Source: Camelus dromedarius (taxonomy: Eukaryota). Taken from it: 64,000 nt of DNA. The stretch covers positions 93,124,001-93,188,000 of the forward strand of contig NC_087436.1 of the NCBI RefSeq assembly GCF_036321535.1, read 5' to 3'. Position 1 is the first letter of the stretch. Each line of letters opens with the position of its first letter. The notes beneath the pieces were generated by a model that searched no databases, was not told the origin of the DNA, and saw only the letters and a program-made list of their open reading frames with translations. This document shows positions 23,040 to 35,664 of this stretch, one piece after another. The position numbers and the translations under genes were made by a program.

Positions 23040-23629
23040 CTGTTTGAAAAGAAAACGAAAGGATTACGGACATTACAGCAGCAGACATAGAGCTTAAATA
23101 TCAGGAAAATCCATCTCCAGTGGTCTCCAAAAAAATCCTGCATAGAGAATCAGTATGGAGAGGCTACGGCAACCAGTTACCAAACTGGTTATCATCTACA
23201 AGCCAACATTTCATTCTTCAACCCTTCCCTGCTGCAACTTTCTCCATCAGAAAATCACACATATTTAAAAAAAAAAAAATCCCCAAGCATCTTGTACTCC
23301 ACAATGTTAAACAAAAATCTAAGGAAGTAAGGATAAAAGATCATCAAGCTTGGATTCACAAGAATACAATGACAGATGAAAACAAAAGTGAGAAACTAAA
23401 ACCTTAACCTTGACCCGTCTTTCGGAATCCATAACTGCATGTCTGTTCTGGGACCCAGCCCCTAGCTCAGCCGCACAACTGCTTCTGTTTATGCTGTCTG
23501 GCTAATGCACACAGCACTCGTTTTTGCAGCAGAATCAGTTCCGTAAAATCCTGGAGCAGCATGCTTCCATCTCCTGCTACCTTGAAGGGAAATTCCTGCT
23601 CTGAAAGGGAGCTGTCTTTCTGGGGCAAA

Positions 23630-23960
23630 NNNNNNNNNNNNNNNNNNNNNNNNNNNNNNNNNNNNNNNNNNNNNNNNNNNNNNNNNNNNNNNNNNNNNNN
23701 NNNNNNNNNNNNNNNNNNNNNNNNNNNNNNNNNNNNNNNNNNNNNNNNNNNNNNNNNNNNNNNNNNNNNNNNNNNNNNNNNNNNNNNNNNNNNNNNNNNN
23801 NNNNNNNNNNNNNNNNNNNNNNNNNNNNNNNNNNNNNNNNNNNNNNNNNNNNNNNNNNNNNNNNNNNNNNNNNNNNNNNNNNNNNNNNNNNNNNNNNNNN
23901 NNNNNNNNNNNNNNNNNNNNNNNNNNNNNNNNNNNNNNNNNNNNNNNNNNNNNNNNNNNN
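23630..23960. other. assembly gap, 331 N
   Basis: N run. Confidence 1.
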
Positions 23961-24699
23961 CTGACGAAAACAGAAATAACTCCAGTCACTCAAAGATAAA
24001 CCTCAATTTAATCTCTCCCAGACTGTTGCTTAAAATCTGGGCTGTGAATGACATCCACAGAGACTGGAATGTCCCACTGCAGATTTGCTGGGATGCTCAG
24101 GCAGGTCCTTCCACACTCCCAGTAGAAAGGAAAAATCAACAAATAGTTTTGGGTTAGCAATTTTGGAAACTGTCTAAACTGACTAATATGCCCACTGGAG
24201 CCAGTGCCTTTGTAGGAAGTACCCCTGCCGGCTGTTTCTATCAATTAACCAGATCCTCTGACACACTTCCCAGTGCGGCGACCCTTGTGGGGACAGAGTG
24301 GCTGTAACTCACGAGGCACATGCAGGTTTTGCGTCAGGAGAAGGGAGAGCGGGGAATGGCAGGGCTGAGAGGGGCACCCTGCAGCTGCTACACCGAGGAC
24401 CTGGTTAGTGCCCCTGAAGAATAGGTTGTCAGATGGCCTGGGTGAATACAGCTGACATGACCCTTCAGAGGAAGGCAGAAATTCCAGTTATGGAAATTAA
24501 GGTAGTTTACTTGTAGGTCAAAAGTTAACCAGGACTTGTACAAAAGTCAGGCTTGACTAGCAGGAAAAGGGAGAACTCATGACTAACTGAAAAGTATACA
24601 TCTAAATTGGATATGGTTTTGTATTTAATTTCTTTGGAAATGCAAGTAATCATCTTGGATTATTTACCCACTGAGAACAAGCCAAATGGCTAATGTTAT

Positions 24700-24910
24700 T
24701 GAACACTGAGGATATGTCTGCGGCTATGCTTTGTTGCTTTTCGTATGCTCTATTATTTAATCCTCACAACCCCCTCCCCAGTGATGTGGTTAGCATTGTC
24801 CCCATTTTATAGAAGAAAAAAGTAAAAATCAGAGAGATTGAGTAACTTGACTGAGGTCACACAGTAATCAGCAAAGCTGTGATTCCAACACAAGACTCTG
24901 TCTCTGAATA
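24700..24910 (-). mobile_element. MIR
   Basis: tttaatcctcacaacccc...cccattttatagaag...gagtaacttgactgaggtcacacag. Confidence 0.8.
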
Positions 24911-25079
24911 CTGAATGGTAAAACCCGACAACGTTTGATAGCTTTGGTGTAGTTATAGCTGTCACCATCAGCATCACCTTTCCCAACTGCCTCCTTACTC
25001 CACAGAAGATGCTAACCTGGACAAGGTCCCTTCACTAAACACTGTTATGCCTAGATCACCACCTAGATCATGTTGCAAA

Positions 25080-25325
25080 AGAGGCAGTTTAGAGTAGGTT
25101 ATGGTCTGGGAAGATGGACAGAGAGTTTAAATCCTGGCTCCACCTTATCAGCTGTCTGATCTTGGGCAAGTTATTTTACCTTGCCCTATCTCAGTTTTCT
25201 CACCTGTAAAATAGAGCTAAAAATATTTATCTCATAGGGTTGCTGAAAGGGTTAAATGTATTACTACATGGAAACCACTCAGAAAAACTCCTGACACATA
25301 AACGTTCAAAAAATGTTAGGATTTT
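25080..25325 (+). mobile_element. MIR
   Basis: gatcttgggcaagttattttacc...ctcagttttctcacctgtaaaatagag...tcatagggttgctgaaagggttaaatg. Confidence 0.85.
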
Positions 25326-26739
25326 TTTTTATCACTACTATGTATTCATTTGACATGTAAATGTCAATATATAAATCAGACCAAATTTATAAATGCACTT
25401 GAGGACATAATCTTATCTACACGCTGGTACTCCTCCATCTCCTTCTCCACTTGTATCCATAACTAGATGCCAGGGGCCCAGTTTCCCATCAGGGAGGACA
25501 ATCACTCAGGAAGCTGGGCCACTGGTCACATCTAGAAATGACATAGTTTAACCAGCTGCTTGGTGCAGCATTGCAACACTGGATTTTCAAGAAAATAATA
25601 TCAGGAAAGCATCCCCAAACACCCAAACGTCTCCCCGATGCTACCGGACAAACCACAGGAGAACGGAACGGAAAAAAGAGAAAGTCAACATGCTTCTTGG
25701 ACCTTCAGCTGCTTTCTCACAGCCAGTTATGGGAAAGAAAAACAGAAAGGCCGCTCTGTTCCTGACTTCGTAGAAAGCCCAGAATAAACCCTTGGATCAA
25801 GTGAGAGCTGGAAGCCGAGTGGCAGGGCCAGTTTGACAAATGAAAGCCAGGCCACTTCTGGTTTTCCTTGGCCAAGCTGGTCCCTGAGGAACCTCAAGGG
25901 GCTGGCTCTTCAGCTGGAGACAAAGATGTGGACATCAGCGGGATGAACGATTTTATTGGATTCCGTCAAGTCACCTAAAGGTAAGCTCTTGGGGGAGAGT
26001 AGGAGATACAAGCCCACACACAGGCCAGCACAGCCTAAATGCTCCTTTCTAGGGGTCTGTTATGTCGTCTGCACTTTCCGTCTAGAAGCCCAGCAGCAGC
26101 GTCCTGTCTTCCACAGAGAGCACTCCCGGGAGAGGGGATAAGACCCAAACCTGTCCACTGTGCTAGCTAGCTGCTGGTTGTTCTAATAAAAGTGTGTTAA
26201 TGAATGGGGTGAGAACTACCAGCTTCCACAATATTTTTGGATTATTTCACTCATCTGTCCTCTTCTTACCCTCCTTTGTCAGAGATAATGAGAACCAGCT
26301 AGGGTTGGTGGATGACTTACGGTATCTGAGAAACTCCAGATGCCTCTGTTTTACCACTCACCATTTTCTGCTTCTTTTGTGATTTATAAGGTGGCTAAAC
26401 TCTATTCTGGAGAGTTTTAGGTTCTACTTTTCCAGCCGGAGGACCTGTCTCCACCCACCACACTCTGGGGTGGGAAGCTATTCATTCCACTGAGCATCTT
26501 CTATGTGCTAAGCCCTGTCTCGGTGAGGGGGACACAATGTTAAGCAAATTCAACAAATACCCTGTCCTCGTGGGCCTTATGCTCTAGCGAGGAAGATGAA
26601 AAACAAACAGAAAAACTGACTAATGAATACAAAATTGAATGGTCAGTACCCTGAAAGGTAAAGCAGGTTAAGGGAAGAGAAGTTGATCATCGTTGCTGTT
26701 CTAGGACGAAGTCTTGTATTTGTTTGTCCATCACGTTCT

Positions 26740-27190
26740 CCCCTTTTTACCCCCTTGTTCTGGTAACTAACAGCTCTCACCTTCTGAAACAGTGGCTTAG
26801 GCCAATCACGGTATCCCTTATCCTGGGTCACACTGACTGGTTCAGGAACAGGACCTGCTCTGGGCCAGAGTGCACTCTAGGGATTTTATAGCGGGGGGCC
26901 AGGGAGAAGAATTTCTTTGCTCCGGGGCAAGGAGCTAGAAGCAGGTAATCCCCGGAGTGCTGTTGGCCATGGCCGCTACTATGAGGGAATGTTTACCTAT
27001 TGGAGGAGGGGATGAATTCAAGGAGAGACAGGAAGAGATGAGAGAAAGAAAGAGAGAGGAAGGAAGAATCTAGCGTACTGGCTTTCTGGTTCTGGACCCT
27101 GAGATCTCCAGGGCCACCCCAGTCTCCGTGGTTCTCCTTCAGTCTCACTGGTCCTGTGGTAGTTCCCCTTGGTTCAGCTTAAGTGCCCCT
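26740..27190 (+). mobile_element. old MaLR LTR (MLT1J/K/L-like)
   Basis: ggccaatcacggtatccc...gggtcacactgactggttcagg...ccagagtgcactctagggatttt...gctgttggccat. Confidence 0.65.
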
Positions 27191-27509
27191 CCTTTGGGAG
27201 ACTTTCTCTGACATATCCAGGCCCAGGAAAAGGCCATGTCACTATGCTTTCAGAGACCTTTTTTTGTATACAGCGATAGCAGACTACTATGAATACCTAC
27301 TGTGTGTCAGACGCTGTTGTCAAGGGCTCTACATGTGTTACTTGCACTACAGAACTTAACAAGTGCTACCATAGTTAATCATTTTTATGCACATTTCTCC
27401 CACTAGGAAAAAAATGAATATAAAAAATTTCTGGCTAGGCTCCTTTGTGAAAGAAAAACTTTTAATTTCAAATTTATTTCGGTCTGTGTATGTGCAGAAG
27501 AGATTGCAG

Positions 27510-27978
27510 CTGTCCCTCAGTATCTGCTCTCCCTTTCTTCTCCAGCGAAAATACTCACAGTTTTTAGACGAAATAAAGCCTCCTTTTCCCACACCTTTCC
27601 TAGCAGCTGGGTACGGATCGGTGACCAAGTCTAGGTCAGTGGGATGTGAGCGGAGGGGTGGCACATGACTTCCCAGAAGTCTGTTTAAGGAAGGCATAAG
27701 CCTTTCTTCTCATCCCTCCTTTCTCCTGGCTCAGATGTGGACGTGATGACTAACGCTCACACAGCCAACTTGGACCAGCAGGTGAGAGGCTGTGAGCTGA
27801 GGATGGTGGAGTAAAAAGACAGAAGGAGCCTGGGCCCCGATGACCACAGAGCCCCTGCACCAGCCCTGGATTGCTCACGTCCAGACCACATTTGTGTGAG
27901 TCTGATATAAAACTCTATCTTATTTAAGCCACTGGTAGAATTTTCTGCATTTCCCAGCCAAATGCAATCCTAATTGAT
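27510..27978 (+). mobile_element. MaLR LTR (MLT1I/J-like)
   Basis: gtgaccaagtctaggtcagtgggatgtgagcggag...aaggagcctgggcc...tcttatttaagccactg...gcaatcctaattgata. Confidence 0.8.
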
Positions 27979-29665
27979 AAAATGAGATAATACACACTCT
28001 AGATAAATCTAACATTTCCAGGCATTGGATAGACCTGTGAAGTTCTCTCAACTTTACACAGAGATATGGGAGCGCCACAGATGGCCATTTTTAGTTAAGT
28101 CATGCTTCACCCAGTGATACTGACTACTCCTCAGGTCCTGTGACATCGTCTAAGGTGACAGCTGTTCACAACAACAGGCGATTTCAAGGCAGTTGCTAGT
28201 AACCAACTGACTGAACAAAAGGAGAAGTTAGGAGAGTTGCAGAGACCAATGGCTGCTCAGATCACAGAAGAGCTGGACTAGTGGTAAGAAACATCAATAA
28301 TGAGAAGAAGTCAGATTCCCAGAGAACCCAGCAGGGAAACTATCTGGCAGAGCTTTTAAATAGTTTAAAAAAGATAATCCATCTATCACTATCCAAGTTC
28401 AAATTTAATATAAAACCAACAAACATTTAGATTTCACAAATCCAGACTGAAACTTACCTTTGTACTTTCCCTAAGTATCCTTAACTCTGTTGAGCTAAAT
28501 GAAAAATTAAAGGACAAATAAGAGTTAAGACTGAGAAACAAAGTGTTGTTTGATTGAGTGGTGTGTTTATTTTATTTTTAAAGGAATTTAGCTTAAAGGA
28601 CTTTGTTTATGTATGTTATGACCAATAGGAAAGCCTGGTCCATTTATTCATACATGAGCCAGCCTGGTTTGAGCCAAATGCAAAGAACTATTAGAACTAT
28701 TAGCTTTAAGGAAAAAAGAATAAATCATTAAAAAGTTGGAGCAAACTCTTGCTTTCAGTATTAAAAGAAAAACTGTAAAGTACAGAATGTCCCTCAACAA
28801 GGTCTCATTAGTGCATTTAGTTTGCATGTTAGAAAAAAGAGGAAGAACCAGTCCTTAATTACCTGCTCTGCAATACAGGTCTTATCCAAACCCAGGGATG
28901 CTACTGATTACCAGTGAGCCTTACCTGTTCACTAAGGCTTGCTGGGTGGGGCTGCTCCCTCCCCAGTAATGCTGGTACTTTGGGTGAGTTAATCAATCTT
29001 AAAGAGGAACACATAGGCAGCCACGCACAAAACACTCCACTCTTTCTTGGACAAATTCCTACCTTAGGTCAGTCTTTCCCATAATTAAATAAACAAATAA
29101 AGCTGTGACCATTGTAAAACATGTTTTCCAAATTTCCAGGTCATTCAAATACAATGGTCATAAAACACACATCTGAGAAGAGAATGGTTCTAATTTTTCA
29201 GGGCCTGTCCAGGGTGGATGCCCAGGCCAGAACTTGGCTGACGTTACCTCACTCACACCAAAGTCCTGAGGGGTAAGCAAAATGACCCTTGGGTGGAAGT
29301 GCACAGCAAGTCTTCATTTTTGTATAATACTGTATTGTTTAATTCAGGCATTATTTCCCCAAGAAAATAAGCACTGAGCTCTTTGGCATCCAAAGCCATA
29401 TACTGACAGATTGAATTTGCTCTTTTGGAATTAAAGTTGGAGAGAGCTCAGATCCTCCATTCTCAGAAGGGAGTAAAAGTTCAGGTATGTGTGGGATGCA
29501 TGAAAGATGTCATCGGTGCGACAAGCAGTTGCTTCCTTGAGGGCAGGGCATCTCTGGCCTGTGCAATTCGACTATGTGGAACTGTAATGATCTTAAATAC
29601 AAGCAACTGTGTTGCCTTCCTGCCTTGTCTAAACCTCATGGGATGAAGAAGGAAAGCCAGGTTAC

Positions 29666-29776
29666 CTTTCTCATCTGAGCCAGCAAGCCTTCAAACTCCT
29701 TCAGGTTCAGCGTCGTTCCACTGTAAGATGCACAACTATTTGCTGCTTTGCCCAGCCAGTAAATGGTCACTAACAC
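29666..29776 (-). CDS. LIMCH1: LIMCH1 coding exon (approx. exon 6), 111 nt, phase 0 to 0
   Basis: tttcccag|GTGTTAGTG...ATGAGAAAG|gtaacc translates [37 protein letters not shown]. Its only ATG is the MRK start used by CH-less isoforms. Confidence 0.96.
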
Positions 29777-30124
29777 CTGGGAAACAGAACCACGCACAAA
29801 GAATTACTTCTAAGCTAACGGGTCAGTACTGCTCCCTTAGCAGGAAAGCAGGGGGAGAGACTGTGCAACATTAATTTACAAAAACCACCATCCAAGAGGT
29901 AACCATTCCATGCAAATCATTTTAATAAGAACCCAAGACTGCGTCAGTCAACACAAACACGACTCAGCAATTGAAATAAGACTCCGGTTTTAGAAAAAAT
30001 TTGGTTGTGAGAATGTGACCTACAAGACAGCAAGAAAGAAAAATACATCCTCTAAGATTATTTTCGTGTCATGAAAGTTTCAAAACCAGGAAGCCAAATT
30101 TTTCAGAAACTCTGGCGTCCTTAC

Positions 30125-30600
30125 CCAAACAATGAAACAGGTTGTCAACTCCTTTTGCAAGAGGTGCTTTTAAAGGCCCGTGACTTCTACTTGTGGGCAC
30201 AGAGATTCTAAGACCAGAGGCAAAATGTTTTCAAAGGAGTGATCAAGGTTAATTAGTGGTTTCCAGCACAAGAGCAACACAGTATATCTAATTAAAGTCA
30301 GAACGGAGCAAGGTAATGAGGAATGCAATCTGCAGATATGTAGCTTTGGGGTACAGTTAGAGTCCTACTCATCTGCGACGGGAAATTTTTAGCCTGGACA
30401 AGGCTACTGCCAATTAACAACCTTGGATGTCTAAGGATGTCTGTGAATATTCACTGGTCTGAAGCTACAGTCCAAAGTGAACTTTGTTCTGTCTTTCCAA
30501 AGAAACTGTCCACAAAGGCAAATAAATGGTCTTTACATTGACTTTCCCACAGAACCCAGCAGGGGTCAGCTGAAGATGACCTCCTTAAAACTGAATTATT
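30125..30600 (-). promoter_or_regulatory. candidate internal promoter and non-coding first exon for CH-less (MRK-start) LIMCH1
   Basis: An unused donor TGG|gtaagg at 30124 lies 348 nt upstream of the 111-nt exon, with a motif cluster at 30425-30582. The TSS is not determined. Confidence 0.35.
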
Positions 30601-31752
30601 GGGACTGGAAGCCTATGAAAATGCTAAGAATATTATTTTGTTTTCACATTTGGCCTTCTTGCTTCAGCCAGGCTGGGAAGTATTTCTTGTACCTCCCTCC
30701 ACTAGCGAGGCCAGAAAATGCTTTGGACAACATGATTTGTGTTCACGCTTCCAGACAGCAGCAGGCCCACAATATGGTTCTGTGCATCAGTGCTACGGTG
30801 TCATTTGGTTTTCTACCTCTGTGGGAAAATGTTACTTCAGGAATTCTTCAGAACTTCCAGAAATTCTTCTTTAACTCATTGCTTACAAATAAATTTCCAG
30901 CGAACAGACAATTGCAAATGTCAGGACATGAACTAGGACCATAAAATAACTAATATGTGCTAAGACTATGAGGCTCCCTTGAGAAGAATAATAGGAGAAT
31001 GGACGACAGAACCGTGATGTGTGTTAGATGGTAGGTTTTCTGTTTAAAACTGTATGATGAAAAATGGCATATATCCCTGGTTTTACAGAGGAAGAAAAAG
31101 GAGATAACAATGAGAATGTCACTCAAATATAACAGCGGTCTGGAAATTTTTTTTAAAGAGGAGGGTCACAGCCAATTTAAAAATTTTATATACAGAAGCC
31201 GCTTCTTACATTCTTCAATTTAAACTTAAAGTAAAAGAGCACTAACATACTTGCCTTTGGAAAATCAGATCTAACTCTTAAAAGTTGATTTGGGGAAGTA
31301 CTAATAAAAACTCAAAAGATTAAAAGGAAAATACACAAAAGGCACAGGCCGACGACAGTCAACATTATTTATATTAAGCTGATCTCTTCCCCAAAACAAC
31401 TTGCCCAGCTGCTTAATTTAATGGTCCCATCTGTGCCTACCAATAGGAAGACACTAACGTTAGTGCTGAGATAGAGCACTTTGTGTTTAAGAAACCAAAT
31501 TACAAACAGAGCGTGAGCTTTCATTTGTTTATTTCAGGATTGAGCCCTTATCTAAAAAGAACCGTCCCCACCCCCAGTCTACCATTTTTATTTCTATCAC
31601 AATCGTGAATTATTCTGTTAGAGGCATATATTCTTGTTTTCTAAGAAAGATTCTTTCTAGCAAGGCATTCAAGAGGCATTCAACTTATGAGCTACATTGA
31701 ACCATCAAAGTGACAAGGAAAAAAATTTGGAAAGTGAAGTTAAAACACTTAC

Positions 31753-31783
31753 ATTTTTCAGCTTCCTACTATAATCAAGGCTC
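31753..31783 (-). CDS. LIMCH1: LIMCH1 31-nt micro-exon (approx. exon 5), phase 2 to 0
   Basis: ccttgattag|GAGCCTTGATTATAGTAGGAAGCTGAAAAAT|gtaagt translates (K)SLDYSRKLKN and bridges the phases of the two flanking exons. Confidence 0.95.
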
Positions 31784-33298
31784 CTAATCAAGGAAAAGGA
31801 AAAGAAAACATGATCAGTATAGCCGTTTCCTCACTCTGATCTTCCCTTCAACACCTCTAAGGAGTACCTGAAAGCTAACAAGTATCATGAAGTCAGCGGA
31901 ATACATTATTTTTAAGGTCCATGATTAAGGATTTCAGGTACGAAATAAAATTGTTTAGAAAACAAAACATAGAAGGATAAGGTGGGATTAAAGTTCCGTA
32001 GTACACCATGGAAAGATGAATGCTTTGTAACATCTGGAAAATGAAGAATTCCACTTAAAACTAGGACTGTTTATATTTGTATTCTCAAAGCTTAGTTGTT
32101 AAAGGAAAATTTTGCCTTGCTATATATATCACTGTCAAGTTGAAATCTGACTGCACTTCCAAAATCTTCTTTATACAAGTACTTTTAACAAAGGTCTAAA
32201 ACCTTAATTAAATAAGAAAATACACGTAGAAGAGGCAACACTGTCCAAATATGTGCTCTTTTCTGCTATGGACGTAAATTAGCATTGGGAATTAGCCATA
32301 AGCAGGAAAATATGCGTGCTATGTTCAAATATACACACATGCATTCTTAAATATACATAAGTGTTTATTCTTAAATTATAAACAAAAAAAGGTACTGGAT
32401 GGTACTTTCTAAATATTCATACATTGAAATGTAAAAATTTCTCCCAAAGTATCCCAAAGTTCCTTTAACGTGTCAACAAATACTAGGAAAAGAAATGCAG
32501 CATTTCTTTTTCCGCAAAACTTCAGCTTAGAGGCTGGCTGTGGGGGATTGGGGAGGCGAGGGAGGTGTAGAAGGTAATTCCACTATAAACCAGTCAAGAG
32601 TTCCGTCATATATATAGATCCCAATTACTTTCTTGCTGCATATTCTGACCCAAAGTATATATTAATGAACAGATGCACAACTTCAAGTCAACTGAGGTTT
32701 AAGGGAGTAGAAAACGTAGTGTATACTAAGGAGAAAAACCATCAATAGAGACAGATTGAAGGAAGTAGTGGTCCAATTTGGATTTGATTAAGAGAATGTT
32801 TTCATATTTCCCCCCGTTAACATAAAGAATGTCATTATCTGCCGAGATATTTGCTAGGATTTTTTAAAATTTAACAACAAAAACAAAAAAAACCCAAATG
32901 AAAACAAAAATCTAAAAAAGATTTGAAATTTTTGTGAAAAACAACTTAAAAACAGGGGCCATGAAACTTTTTCTGCACTGACAATAAATGTTTTTTGACT
33001 AAAATTGTGACCCAGTTCTAAAAAAGTTATGCTTGGCACATAGTAGGAGCTTACAAAATATTTGTTGAATGACTTTCACATAACAACGAATTACGTGAAA
33101 ATGCTTTGAAATTTTTCAGAGACATTCTTGGGAGCGATCCAAAGGCTATCCTCATTTTCATTCAATTGCTGCGATTCCCTGGCATGGTATTTGCTGCACG
33201 CCCTGCTGGATGGTGTTTACATTTCCCATCAGCGTTGTCTGGCACCCCTTACAGGTAGAGGTCACGAAATTACACACAGTCATCACTTGCAGGTTATC

Positions 33299-33356
33299 TC
33301 TTTCTCTCTCTTTTTCTTTCTTTCTTTTCTTTTCTTTTCCTTTCTTTTTTTTCTTT
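33299..33356. repeat. (TTTC)n-type simple repeat
   Basis: tctttctctctctttttctttctttctttttcttttcttttcctttctttttttt. Confidence 0.85.
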
Positions 33357-33869
33357 ATAGTCTACTCAAGTTACTTCTCAAAAAACAAAAAAAGTAAGAA
33401 AAATTACCCTCAATGAAAGCTCATCTAAAGAAGTATTTTTAAAAAGACAATTTCAGAAAGGCATCAAAATTTCCTCTTTGAGATCTACCCTCTACCTTAT
33501 TCCTTACACTATTAACTGGTGTCAGTCGGGCGCTCTCCATCTCTGCTAATGTTTGGCTTAACTTTCAGAGGGGAAAGCAGAGAAACGTTGCCACTCTAAT
33601 TTCATCTACCATAGCTAAAAAATCTACAATTTATGTAGATGTTACAAATGTGCCCTGGACAGTAGCAAGTTAAACCAACATCACTCACAGAAAAGTTGTG
33701 AAGCAGATAGCTCATTCCGTGCCCAAATCCTCCATAGTACTAGAGTTTCTAAGTACCGTAAACGAATTTATGGTATAATTTTTAATACAAAGTTCTTTAT
33801 GCTCTTCTAAATATTCATACAGTGAAATAAAATTTTTTTCTCCATAACTATTCCAAAGTCAACCTCCTA

Positions 33870-34410
33870 CAATGCTTCTGGACCATGCCTCACACCAGGC
33901 TCATCCTTGCCCATTACCTTTACCACACCGACTACTCTTCTTTCTCTTTGTAGACACATCAAGTTTGGTTCTCTTCCCCAGCCTTTCTACCTGCCCTTTC
34001 TCCACCCTGAACATCCTGTAGACCTTTGCATGGCTGGTTCTTGCTTCTCATTCATGTGTGACCCCTCACCTGAAATGCCACCTCTTTAGAGAGACCATTC
34101 TTGACCACCTTTTTTATCCCCCCTGGTTTTGTTGAGATATAATTCACATAAAACATTATCTAAGTATAAAGTATACAGCACAATTATTTGATAAGTGCAC
34201 ATATTACAATGGTCACTATCTTTTACATCATCAATTTCATTATTATTTTACTTTCTCCTTAGCACTTACTACTCTCCGCAATTAAAAAAATTTACTTCTT
34301 TACTTGTCAAAGGGTATAAATTCTATGTGAATGGGGAGCGTGTTCTCTAGTTACTGGAAAGCATCTGACACATAGTAGCTGCTCAGTAAATATTTGTTGA
34401 ATGAAGGAAT
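33870..34410 (+). mobile_element. L2 3' region
   Basis: ctttgcatggctggttc...cacctctttagagagaccattcttgaccacc...cacatagtagctgctcagtaaatatttgttgaatgaa. Confidence 0.82.
34125..34215 (-). mobile_element. short L1 3' end fragment inserted in an L2
   Basis: gttgagatataattcacata...aagtatacagca is typical of the reverse strand of an L1 3' terminus. Confidence 0.6.
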
Positions 34411-34938
34411 GAAAAATGATAGTCATAGGGGAAGGTGATGGAGAAGTGTTGTTTAACGAAAATAATAATACTCAAGTGAAGGGAAAACTTAAAAGGGAAG
34501 AAAATGAGAGAAGAAATGCAAAAGGGGAGATAGATGGGAAGTAAGATAAAGAAGGGAAGGGAGGCACAGGGAAGAGAAGGAGATGGAGCAAAGAAGCAGA
34601 GAGAAAGATAAAGAAAAAAGACAGAGAAAAGCACAGGAGAAGGCGAAGCTGGTCCAGTAATTGAGAACTGACTGTGTGTACCACTGGTCTAAGTGACTTT
34701 AGGCTGCTTTCTGTGCCTTTAAATTAAAGTCTCTTTCTTTAGAAGTTGGTTTAGCCATCTTCCCAGATCTGCATGAGCAAGCATTAGCTAGAATCATACC
34801 TGAAGTAACATTCTGTCCAATTCCATTTTATTGATGAAGACACAACCCTACTGAAGCAAGGGAGCTTGCCTAGGATTGTAGACCTAGGGAGCAGCAGATG
34901 TAGGGGGGACCCCAGATTTCCTGATGCCCAGTTTATTT

Positions 34939-35217
34939 TCTTTTAATTGAAACAGAGTTGATTTACAAAGTTACATTAGTTTCAAGTGCTCAGCAAAAAA
35001 CCTATAACCATTATAGGTTATGACAAGATATTGAATAGACTCTCCTGTGCTATACAGTAGGTCCTTGCTGTTTACATATTTTATATATAGTAGTGTGTGT
35101 ATGTTAATCCTAAACTCCCAATTTATCCTTCCTCACCCCCTTCTCCTTTGGTAACCATAAGCTTGTTTTCTATGTCTGTGAGTCTGTTTCTGGTTTGTAA
35201 ATAAGTTCATTTGTACT
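34939..35217 (-). mobile_element. L1 3' end, Laurasiatherian/artiodactyl-type
   Basis: ctgtgctatacagtaggtccttg...ggtaaccataagcttgttttctatgtctgtgagtctgtttctg...taagttcatttgta. Confidence 0.88.
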
Positions 35218-35664
35218 TGGTGCTCAGTTTGTGTAGATAAGCAATAAAGGTAATGTGATTTCTGGAATTTCTAAAACCAACCAGTCTCAGAAGTCTTCTG
35301 GTTTAGTAACATATTGATTTAGAGTGGCTCTTAAAAAAAAATGCAGCTGCCAACACTGTCAAAATGAACTTTCCTTCACCCCCCAAAGCAATGTGTGTGT
35401 GACTAATTATTACCTACCATGTCACACAGTTACTATTGTTTCTGATCACTTGCCACCCAGGTGAAACTATGAATGTGAGATGAGGCAGAACCTGAAACAA
35501 TTTCCTAACATGAATAATGATTTATAGAGGTTGGATTTAAGTACAGAAATAAATGGAGCATGTGAGGACTAAAATGAAGTTAAGGGTGGTTTCCACATTT
35601 GAACATAATAATTTTTCTTCTGTTATTTTTGCCCTTAACTAAAAATTTTCCATGAGAAATATTA

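Noticed and set aside
23037-23042. NAGNAG acceptor (CAG GAG) at exon 7
   Set aside because: GAG is a poor acceptor and the recalled orthologues keep the acidic residue. There is no evidence the second site is used.
23489-24157. Long ORFs in the ORF track across N runs (also at 15715-16227, 19000-19324 and 48421-48894)
   Set aside because: They are artefacts of X codons. Only the part overlapping exon A is real.
28925-28997. Second cryptic exon (73 nt, CAG|gtaagg donor, early stop)
   Set aside because: Its AAG acceptor and mixed pyrimidine tract are weak, and such pairs are common by chance.
30477-30944. 155-aa plus-strand ORF
   Set aside because: It is antisense, has no homology, and overlaps the putative promoter region. 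I consider it chance.
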